DNA of 62,718 nucleotides from a virus, in the IMG/VR virus record IMGVR_UViG_3300028901_000105, positions 1-62,718 of that record, one strand, 5' to 3'. The notes below the pieces were generated by a model that did not search any database, had not been told where the DNA came from, and saw nothing but the letters and a program-made list of their open reading frames with translations. The translations under genes and the position numbers were made by a program. This document shows, piece by piece, positions 34,292-40,692 of this stretch; the first letter of the stretch is position 1, and every line of letters begins with the position of its first letter.

Positions 34292-34865
34292 AGGCTTCTT
34301 CCTTGTGTACGCTTAAAAATTCCCAAATGTGGGGGTGAGACTCGCCACTTTCAACCTGTTCGGCTGTCAGGACGAGCAGGGGGATACCGCGCCGCTTTAA
34401 GAGCCGCGCCTTCCGTTTGTCATTCTTGATCTTGTGGGGCAGCTTGTGGACGCCGCCGTTGATTTCAATGGCCCACATCTGCCCTCGGCAGACGACCATA
34501 AAATCAACCAAGCAGACCCACTTTTTGCGCCCGCTGGCTTTGGTTGCCAGTGCATATTCCGGCACATATTCCACGCCCAAGTCATTCAGCAGATTGGCAA
34601 CCAGCGTTTCACTTGGCATAGGATTTTTCAGGCGGTGATCCTGTACATGGCGCATCGCCCAACGCCAGCCGTATTTTTTGACCATCGCGCGAAAGCCGAG
34701 TTCAGCCTTCGCTTTTTGGCTGCACAGGAAACAAATCGACTGGCGGCGTTCGGCATCCTTCGCACTACGTTTGGACAGCCACCGCCAATCGTCGCATTCC
34801 GGGCAGTACACGTGGTACTGTCCCTCAGCATTTGGGGTCGCCCAATCAACCTTCACGTCGGTCAT
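34269..34865 (-). CDS. Vsr / DUF559-like endonuclease with N-terminal zinc ribbon
   Basis: CPEC...CFLC pair. The core LVDFMVVCRGQMWAIEINGGVHK...NDKRKARLLKRRGIPLLVL matches the DUF559/Vsr pattern (D..ExxG..H..D..R..L..G). Start taken at the internal Met (MTDVKV). Confidence 0.6.
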   Translation of the reverse strand: MTDVKVDWATPNAEGQYHVYCPECDDWRWLSKRSAKDAERRQSICFLCSQKAKAELGFRAMVKKYGWRWAMRHVQDHRLKNPMPSETLVANLLNDLGVEYVPEYALATKASGRKKWVCLVDFMVVCRGQMWAIEINGGVHKLPHKIKNDKRKARLLKRRGIPLLVLTAEQVESGESHPHIWEFLSVHKEEAYGIPTIG

Positions 34866-35106
34866 GGTGGTTCTCCCGCCATTCCCCAAAGCGGGCAAAT
34901 GAACGGTCAATCCGCGTGTAGCCCAAATGTAGGGCTGCTCGAATGGCCTGTACTGCGGTTTCGCGCCGTACAACCTGCCGACAATGCCCGTTGATCGTGC
35001 GGACAACCACAAAACTGCGGTCGCCAAACACATCCGGTTGTTCACAGCGTACAAGTTCGGCTGTGACCGTTTGCCCCCTGTACTTTCGTGTAACTTTCAC
35101 TGGCAT
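34846..35106 (-). CDS. Hypothetical protein (first gene after P3)
   Basis: Internal ATG (MPVKVTRKY) after AGGAGAG. 86 aa. Confidence 0.55.
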   Translation of the reverse strand: MPVKVTRKYRGQTVTAELVRCEQPDVFGDRSFVVVRTINGHCRQVVRRETAVQAIRAALHLGYTRIDRSFARFGEWRENHHDRREG

Positions 35107-35143
35107 AGGACTCTCCTGTGTGACATCTCTTTGAGATAAAAGG

Positions 35144-35172
35144 ATTATACCGGGTATTACCCGGTATGTCAA
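35144..35172 (-). promoter_or_regulatory. Consensus sigma70-type promoter with palindromic operator in the spacer (P3)
   Basis: The minus strand reads TTGACA-TACCGGGTAATACCCGG-TATAAT. The palindrome is at 35148-35166. Confidence 0.8.
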
Positions 35173-35185
35173 TTAAAGCCGCGCA

Positions 35186-35917
35186 CTAGGCGGCATTGCG
35201 TGTCCATTCAAAATAGGCTTCAATATCGGCTAATTTTTCAGCAGCCGCTTGTTCGCCAAGATAGCTTATAAGCCATTTAATGGGGTCTTTATTGCCTTTG
35301 GAGTGATTGCAACTCGTTTCACCCAAAACTACCTTGATGGAATGACACAGCGGTAAAACGTTCCAAGCCACATGACCGGGGTTATCGGGGCGCGAATCAC
35401 TGATTGGTATCCAGTGATCTATTGCTATTGTGCGCGATTCGCTTGCTGAACAGCCACAAATTGCACATTTGTTACCCCAATAGGTGTGCATATTTGTTAT
35501 CTGCAATGAGGTGAGGCCTGTTGGTAAACTTTTAAGTTTTGCCCGCCTCGCCCCTTGTGCAGCGCCGCGAATGAATTTGATTTTTCGGGGATTTTTTGCG
35601 TTATATTGTTGTTGCGTTTTCCGGTTTCGAATCTTATTGTCGTCAAGCCATTGTTTAATAGCGGCCTTAAAGCGCTCAGAGTTGTTCGCCCGCCACTCTT
35701 TTAGGTACTGGCGAAATTCTTCTGGATGGTTATTGCGCCATTTCCGGCTGTATTGACGTTGTTTTTCAGGGTTATGCCAATAATGTTGTCTAGAGCGTGA
35801 CTTGGCGCATGTTTTGCAGGTGTAGGTAAATCCATCCCGACTGGTTTTATCCCGGTGAAAAAATGCAGGCGTGAGTGGGAATACTTCCCCGCATTTTGAA
35901 CACTGCTTTGTGGTCAT
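35186..35917 (-). CDS. HNH endonuclease, paralog 1 (zinc-finger N-terminus, basic repeat region)
   Basis: CSKCGEVFPLTPAFF..YTCKTCA, then AIDHWIPIS..NVLPLCHS..CNHSKG (H-N-H). Paralogous to 38838..39635 and 40693..41439. Confidence 0.7.
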   Translation of the reverse strand: MTTKQCSKCGEVFPLTPAFFHRDKTSRDGFTYTCKTCAKSRSRQHYWHNPEKQRQYSRKWRNNHPEEFRQYLKEWRANNSERFKAAIKQWLDDNKIRNRKTQQQYNAKNPRKIKFIRGAAQGARRAKLKSLPTGLTSLQITNMHTYWGNKCAICGCSASESRTIAIDHWIPISDSRPDNPGHVAWNVLPLCHSIKVVLGETSCNHSKGNKDPIKWLISYLGEQAAAEKLADIEAYFEWTRNAA

Positions 35918-35932
35918 GTTACCTCTTTTGCA

Positions 35933-35991
35933 TCAAGTGATGTATCTTGATTATAGCACTTAATCAAGTTGCGTCAAGTGACTATACTTGA
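35933..35991. promoter_or_regulatory. Two 18-bp inverted-repeat operators TCAAGTGA-N2-TAT-N-CTTGA plus an extra TCAAGT half-site
   Basis: tcaagtgatgtatcttga (35933-35950) and tcaagtgactatacttga (35974-35991), in the gap between HNH-1 and the RHH gene. Confidence 0.6.
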
Positions 35992-36025
35992 TATGATGGA
36001 GAAATGATTAGCTATGGAGAAACAC

Positions 36026-36220
36026 ATGCCCAAAATCACAATTACGATTGGTCAAGGAATGGATAAAGCGTTGCGCGAAATTGCAGACGAGCGGGGTGCG
36101 CCTATCGCCATTGTTATACGACAGGCACTTGAAGCCTATTTAGCCGCACAGGGTAAGCCGATTCCAGATGAGATTAAATGGGGCGGGAATCGAAAAGGGC
36201 AGGACAAGCCTAGTAAATAG
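36026..36220 (+). CDS. Ribbon-helix-helix (CopG/Arc-like) regulator
   Basis: MPKITITIGQGMDKALREIADERGAPIAIVIRQALEAYL is a classic RHH pattern. GGAG upstream. An alternative start is at 36014. Confidence 0.65.
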   Translation: MPKITITIGQGMDKALREIADERGAPIAIVIRQALEAYLAAQGKPIPDEIKWGGNRKGQDKPSK

Positions 36221-36329
36221 GTTATCGCTATGGGGTTGTCAGGATGTACGGATAGGCTTGGTGCTGCTGATAAGGGGGTAAGGCGCGGATTACGGGAGGT
36301 GTAGGGGTTTCCATAGGGATTGTGTTGAT

Positions 36330-36358
36330 TTGACGGTATGGAACGGATGTGCTATAGT
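36330..36358 (+). promoter_or_regulatory. Promoter, GAAC-N4-GTGC family (TTGACG-N17-TATAGT)
   Basis: TTGACGgtatgGAACggatGTGCTATAGT. Confidence 0.6.
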
Positions 36359-36364
36359 CTTTTA

Positions 36365-36573
36365 TATGGCGTCGGGTTTCCTCCTGTGGTACTTCTGGCT
36401 CTCCTAAACCTGCGAATGAGAAAACTCCGCCCGACGCTATCGTGTATCGGAGAATTCCGTGTCTGGTCGCCAGTTTGCACGAGCTGACGGATAGGCATCC
36501 GGGAGCCGATGGGCGGATGAGAACCGCTAAAGCCAGTCCTCCAATTTGGGTCAACCGGGGGACTGGCTTTTTA
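36365..36573 (+). ncRNA. ~210-nt promoter- and terminator-bounded RNA of unknown class
   Basis: Lies between the promoter at 36330-36358 and the terminator at 36531-36573. Long-range helix ggcgtcggg / cccgacgct. Hairpins ctgg-tcg-ccag and catccg..cggatg. No credible plus-strand ORF. Confidence 0.5.
36531..36573. terminator. Stem-loop plus T5 (terminator of the small RNA; also at the 3' end of the convergent minus operon)
   Basis: agccagtcc / ggactggct 9-bp stem followed by tttttaatt. Confidence 0.7.
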
Positions 36574-36855
36574 ATTAGGCTGGAGCAGAGAGTTCGTTGG
36601 CGGATGCCCGCGTCGTCGCGCTGTGTGGATTGTTACGGTGATATTGACGCTCCCAACCGCATCTGTCATGTAGGTTGGTGGAATGTCTTTATTGGGAATA
36701 ATGTCATCTCGGTGCAATATCGCCAACTCATCCCCTGATATGAGGTTGACACTATCAACAGCGGGGATAAGTTGTATATCCTCGTATTCACCAGTGTCGG
36801 GATTGTAGCGACCAATTCGGGCATTGCTCATGTAGAAGATTTTATCGTCTGTCAT
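36571..36855 (-). CDS. Hypothetical protein
   Basis: 94-aa ORF with ATGA coupling to the upstream gene. Confidence 0.55.
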   Translation of the reverse strand: MTDDKIFYMSNARIGRYNPDTGEYEDIQLIPAVDSVNLISGDELAILHRDDIIPNKDIPPTYMTDAVGSVNITVTIHTARRRGHPPTNSLLQPN

Positions 36856-37259
36856 TCCTTATGCCTTTCTAGCCATGCCGAACGCATTTCACGGACTACA
36901 GTAAGCGGTAGAATTGCGACTGCGACTGCTCCTCGTTTGTCAGCGTCCGATTTCGAGTTCTCTCCAACTACAACAAAGTCATCATCATCCAGTCGCGCGT
37001 GAATGTAATGGTAAACATGGTGGATTGTATGAATAGGCCAACCCGATGATAACAACAGGTTACGGGCAACCTCAGTCATCAAAAGTCCATCACCTTCGTG
37101 TAAGCGATCTTCCTTATCAGTCCAAAAGATTTCCTCGCTGACTGATTCCGCTTGTTTAACCAATGATTCACGCTGTTTGGTAAGGTCTTTCATCAGTGCA
37201 TCAATATCTGAAATTTGCTGCCTGATCTCTGCGAGGATTTGAATATTATCTGTAGTCAT
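36852..37259 (-). CDS. Hypothetical protein
   Basis: 135-aa ORF, coupled. Confidence 0.65.
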   Translation of the reverse strand: MTTDNIQILAEIRQQISDIDALMKDLTKQRESLVKQAESVSEEIFWTDKEDRLHEGDGLLMTEVARNLLLSSGWPIHTIHHVYHYIHARLDDDDFVVVGENSKSDADKRGAVAVAILPLTVVREMRSAWLERHKE

Positions 37260-37447
37260 GCAATCTTATTCCCTTTCTCCCCGAAGCTGACACACAATGC
37301 GCCGAGCATGAAGGCAATGGGTACGATCACAGCCGCGCAACCCTGTTGAAATAGACACAACGCAATGAATAGACCAAATGCTAAGATGAGCATCAGGCCG
37401 CCGATGGCTTTGTAGTCTTTGGCGGTTAGGGGTTTGCGGGTTGTCAT
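37256..37447 (-). CDS. Small two-helix membrane protein
   Basis: 63 aa with two hydrophobic segments. Confidence 0.55.
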   Translation of the reverse strand: MTTRKPLTAKDYKAIGGLMLILAFGLFIALCLFQQGCAAVIVPIAFMLGALCVSFGEKGNKIA

Positions 37448-37746
37448 TTGCTTATCTGCATTTGGATTACGGATTCGATTTCGACAAATCCGCGATTAAA
37501 TCGAAGCCATTCAATGAAATCAGGCATCAGCTTGCCCATTTCAGAATTCGGCTGTTGGGTGAACTGCCGCCATAACTCGTCAATGTCGGGTTGAGATGGG
37601 CCGACAATCCTGAAGCTAGTGGGCGGATCATAAGACATGATGCCCAAATCAATGAAAATAAGGTAAACGGTGTATTCGATGCTTGCTAACGATTTGTCGT
37701 GCGTTCCGTCAAGCGCTTGGAACTGCCTTAAATCTTTGCCAGCCAT
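37444..37746 (-). CDS. Hypothetical protein
   Basis: 100-aa ORF, coupled. Confidence 0.6.
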   Translation of the reverse strand: MAGKDLRQFQALDGTHDKSLASIEYTVYLIFIDLGIMSYDPPTSFRIVGPSQPDIDELWRQFTQQPNSEMGKLMPDFIEWLRFNRGFVEIESVIQMQISK

Positions 37747-37755
37747 ACAACCTCC

Positions 37756-38220
37756 CTAAAACAAGGTCAACTGTTTTTCGACAGGTGCTTTGCCTATCGC
37801 GCGAATGCCATCTGCGCTTAGGTGCGTCACCTCCACATTGTAACGCGCTTCCATTTCAGCAGCGGCGGTGCTGCGGTGACAGGTGTGATGATCCGGGCAG
37901 GCACACAGCAAAATAACACTGCGCTGGTTGAGCAATTGCACAAGTCGGAAACATCCATCATCCGGGTCAACGAGTTTAATGCCCAACTCAGGATTGCGGT
38001 AATTCACATTTCCGAGTGCGCGGATGTGGACGTAACGTTCTGTAAAGCGGCGACTCAGGTTGATACCTGACCACAGCGGATTGCGCGAGTAGGGGGATAT
38101 GCGAACATCCACCAACACAGCGTCGTAATGTTCAACGGCCTTCGCCAATTCTTCTGGCTTCAGCCCTGTGTACCCAACAGTAAAAAGGGTGTTCATGTGG
38201 CGCTCCAATAACTCGATCAT
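37756..38220 (-). CDS. DUF488-family protein
   Basis: LFTVGYTGLKPEEL..VLVDVRISPYSRNP...ILLCACPDHHTCHR matches the DUF488 pattern. Confidence 0.6.
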   Translation of the reverse strand: MIELLERHMNTLFTVGYTGLKPEELAKAVEHYDAVLVDVRISPYSRNPLWSGINLSRRFTERYVHIRALGNVNYRNPELGIKLVDPDDGCFRLVQLLNQRSVILLCACPDHHTCHRSTAAAEMEARYNVEVTHLSADGIRAIGKAPVEKQLTLF

Positions 38221-38228
38221 GTGTTCTA

Positions 38229-38257
38229 ATTATACCGCGTAATAACAGTTGGAGCAA
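38229..38257 (-). promoter_or_regulatory. Sigma70-type promoter (P4), degenerate relative of P1-P3
   Basis: The minus strand reads TTGCTC-CAACTGTTATTACGCGG-TATAAT. Only one operator half-site (TACCGCGTA) is retained. Confidence 0.6.
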
Positions 38258-38347
38258 ATAAAACCGCAAGGGGCTTGCAAAGATTTTGGTATGCTGGTAT
38301 TTTTATATAGAACGGATTTTCGCATTTAAGCGGGAACGGTTGGTTAT

Positions 38348-38420
38348 CCACTCGTCGGCTAGTCGTCTAGGCCGCCTCCTTCTCAGGGAGGAAACGCAGG
38401 TGCAAATCCTGCCGAGTGGT
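38348..38420 (+). tRNA. tRNA-like gene, anticodon CUC (Glu) by position; atypical D and T loops
   Basis: Acceptor ccactcg/cgagtgg (7 bp). D stem ggct/ggcc. Anticodon stem cctcc/ggagg with loop ttCTCag. T stem gcagg/cctgc with loop tgcaaat. Followed by cttttcgttt. The D loop lacks GG and T-loop position 55 is G. Confidence 0.55.
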
Positions 38421-38438
38421 CTTTTCGTTTATGGGGAG

Positions 38439-38454
38439 TTCTCCAATGGGCGAA
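38439..38454. repeat. TTCTCC-AATG-GGCGAA, degenerate palindrome copy (1 mismatch)
   Basis: Overlaps the RBS and start of 38446..38733. Confidence 0.6.
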
Positions 38455-38733
38455 TGTTACCTGATTGCCTTGAATGACCAAGATAGCGTGTTGGTTCTTT
38501 CACCAGATGGAAACGGGGCGTTACTGGCTGCCAATGGACATCCAATGGATGATGTTTTGGCGCGAGTCAGAGCGTTTGAAGATGTGATTAACGTGAAGCT
38601 GGATTTTGAACCGCTGGTGATGTTTCTGAAGCGGTTAGGGCTAACCGAAAGGGAACTGACAGTCAAAGATGCTGTGCAGGGCATGATGGGCGTATTGAAG
38701 CAGTATCGACACTTGGCTGAAGGGGTTCAATGA
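38446..38733 (+). CDS. Hypothetical protein
   Basis: Start placed at the ATG after GGGGAG (MGECYLIAL...), because the longer ORF overlaps the tRNA-like gene. Confidence 0.5.
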   Translation: MGECYLIALNDQDSVLVLSPDGNGALLAANGHPMDDVLARVRAFEDVINVKLDFEPLVMFLKRLGLTERELTVKDAVQGMMGVLKQYRHLAEGVQ

Positions 38734-38837
38734 GCAAAAAGCGGAATTTTTAGGTATAATTGATTCACCATAAGACAACGCGCTCACGTTGCTATGAACA
38801 ACTGAGCGCGCGAGTAACCAATTGGAGCTTGGCTACT

Positions 38838-39635
38838 ATGGCTAATTTTACATCATGTCCAGACCAATACAAACGCTGTACGATGTGTCAGCAATGTATT
38901 CCAGCAACCCCGCAATATTTTCTTCGCAACAAATTAGGGCTTTACGGACTCCAAGCATATTGCAAGGAATGTTCTGCTGCTTTAAGGCACGGGTGTCTCT
39001 GCAAAATTGATCCGTACAAAGCCTCACAAAAAAAGCCATGTGCAAAGTGTAGGGAAATCAAATCAGCAGAGGGATTTTACCCTGCAAAACGAGGCTTACT
39101 TGGTCGTAGAACGATATGTATTGCCTGCGAGAAAGAGTTGCAACACAGCAATTTACCAAGAATCCGCGTCAAGCAACGGATAAGGTATCACAATAATCCA
39201 CAAGTAGGCAAATCAATTAAAGATTGGCAGATTGCCAATTTTCAAAAAGTCAAAAGTTTTAAACAAAGCTGGAAAAAGAACAATCCTGAACAGGTGCAAG
39301 TTGCAAGCCTTCGTCGGCGCGCCCGCATTTATAGTTTGCCCGACACTTTTACCCACAAAGAATATCAACAGATGATGGAATATTGGGGATATGCTTGTGC
39401 AATTACGGGGCAAACCGCTGATTTGCATGTTGACCATTGGATTCCTGTCGCTCATGAAGATTGCCCCGGAACTGTTGCCATAAATCTTATCCCATTGGCG
39501 GCTCATCTAAATTTAAATAAGCATCGAAAACCCCCTCATCAATGGCTTTATGAAACATTCCCAGAAGATCAAGCAAGGATAATACTGGAACGCATAGAAG
39601 CCTATTTTGAGTGGGTTAGGTCGCAAGCCGACTAA
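38838..39635 (+). CDS. HNH endonuclease, paralog 2
   Basis: CTMCQQCIPATPQYF..YCKECS, then VDHWIPVA..NLIPL..LNLNKH, and the shared C-terminus IEAYFEWVR. Internal Met start after GGAG. Confidence 0.7.
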   Translation: MANFTSCPDQYKRCTMCQQCIPATPQYFLRNKLGLYGLQAYCKECSAALRHGCLCKIDPYKASQKKPCAKCREIKSAEGFYPAKRGLLGRRTICIACEKELQHSNLPRIRVKQRIRYHNNPQVGKSIKDWQIANFQKVKSFKQSWKKNNPEQVQVASLRRRARIYSLPDTFTHKEYQQMMEYWGYACAITGQTADLHVDHWIPVAHEDCPGTVAINLIPLAAHLNLNKHRKPPHQWLYETFPEDQARIILERIEAYFEWVRSQAD

Positions 39636-39643
39636 ATCTAATC

Positions 39644-39670
39644 AGGGGTGTTTTACACCCCTTAATTTTT
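39644..39670 (+). terminator. Rho-independent terminator after HNH-2
   Basis: aggggtg-tttta-cacccct followed by taattttt. Homologous to 41448-41477. Confidence 0.75.
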
Positions 39671-39754
39671 GCTGTAAAATCAGAACTAATGTTCGTACAA
39701 ACTGACGTACAGCGCGGCGGTTATGCACCGCGATAGAGAAGGGACGTTACAAGA

Positions 39755-39976
39755 ATGGCAGACGAAGTTCAACAAGACAGCGAAAACCTAACTTGTCCTA
39801 CATGCGGCGGGCATTTGCAAAGACGATTCACAGGGGAACGGTCAACCGCTGCACCAGAGCAGTTTGAATTTGAGTTATGGTGTCCAGCTTGCACCAAGCG
39901 CGAAGCCAATGAGGTTTACATGGCGGCACAGAAGCGGTTGGCCGACGCGGGCTATTTCACCGGAGGAGGTTCGTAA
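39755..39976 (+). CDS. Zinc-ribbon protein
   Basis: CPTCGG...CPAC. 73 aa. Its stop is coupled (TAAATG) to the next gene. Confidence 0.6.
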   Translation: MADEVQQDSENLTCPTCGGHLQRRFTGERSTAAPEQFEFELWCPACTKREANEVYMAAQKRLADAGYFTGGGS

Positions 39977-40522
39977 ATGACCTGCATTGTCGGTATAGAA
40001 CACGAAGGTAAGGTCTACATGGGGGCTGACAGTATCGGGGTTGATGGCTGGCAGCGAACCGTTATGGATTTCCCTAAAGTGTTCCACGTTCGGGATTTAC
40101 TCATTGGTTGCGCTGGCAGTATCCGGGCATTGCAACTTCTTCGCTATAACCTCGATGTGCGTGCACGAAATGACAGCGAAGATGATATGGAATACATGGT
40201 TACAGGTGTTGCGGATACCGCCCGGCGATTATTCAAAGATAGTGGCTGGTCGCACATCGAAAACAATAAAGAGTCTGGGGCTAATTTCCTTGTCGGTTAT
40301 CGGGGGAGATTGTATGCCGTTGAAGATGAATTTAGCGTTGTGCGTATGCAGCAACCCTATTGGGCGCTTGGGGTAGGGAAGGTTTACGCATTGGCAGCCA
40401 TTCTCACCCTGCGCTCGGAACGCGATGATTTGACTCCTGAGCATCAAATCAATCGTGCGTTAAAAGTGGCATCGGAATTAAGCATCGGTGTGCATCCGCC
40501 ATTTCACATTGAAAGTCTGTAG
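39977..40522 (+). CDS. HslV / proteasome beta-like Ntn peptidase (family T1-like)
   Basis: MTCIVGIEHEGKVYMGADSIGV...PKVFHV..LLIGCAGS aligns with the HslV sequence TTIVSVRRNGHVVIAGDGQ...KVRRL..VIAGFAGG. Thr2 is the predicted nucleophile. Confidence 0.6.
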   Translation: MTCIVGIEHEGKVYMGADSIGVDGWQRTVMDFPKVFHVRDLLIGCAGSIRALQLLRYNLDVRARNDSEDDMEYMVTGVADTARRLFKDSGWSHIENNKESGANFLVGYRGRLYAVEDEFSVVRMQQPYWALGVGKVYALAAILTLRSERDDLTPEHQINRALKVASELSIGVHPPFHIESL

Positions 40523-40589
40523 TTGGAGATCGAAGCATGGACATTGCAGCAATCAACACGACCTTAGCGGAACTCTCAAAACAGATTTG

Positions 40590-40598
40590 TGGTATAAT
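40590..40598 (+). promoter_or_regulatory. Extended -10 element TGgTATAAT upstream of HNH-3
   Basis: tttgtggtataatg in the intergenic gap. Confidence 0.45.
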
Positions 40599-40692
40599 GA
40601 TAGGCATAGGCAGTCTAGGGTAGCTCCCAAAAAGCGGTAAACCTCACCGTCTGGCTGTCTAAACATCAAGAGGTGTAGCATAGAGGTGTGCT

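Noticed and set aside
36336-36358. Sigma54-type (-24 GG / -12 GC) reading of tGGAACggatGTGCt
   Set aside because: The GG-to-GC spacing is one nt short of the sigma54 consensus. The other four family members have AGAAC or CGAAC, and all five have well-spaced -35 and -10 sigma70-type hexamers.
36228-36738. ORFs 36228..36554(-) and 36442..36738(+)
   Set aside because: Both overlap the promoter/terminator-bounded RNA locus. The plus ORF runs through the terminator and antisense into a real minus-strand gene. The minus ORF has no RBS or coupling and a Gly/Pro-rich low-complexity product.
40537-40623. 28-aa ORF (MDIAAINTTLAELSKQICGIMIGIGSLG) with GGAG upstream
   Set aside because: It is too short to support from sequence alone and overlaps the extended -10 promoter of HNH-3. 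It might be a real small hydrophobic peptide, but no call is made.
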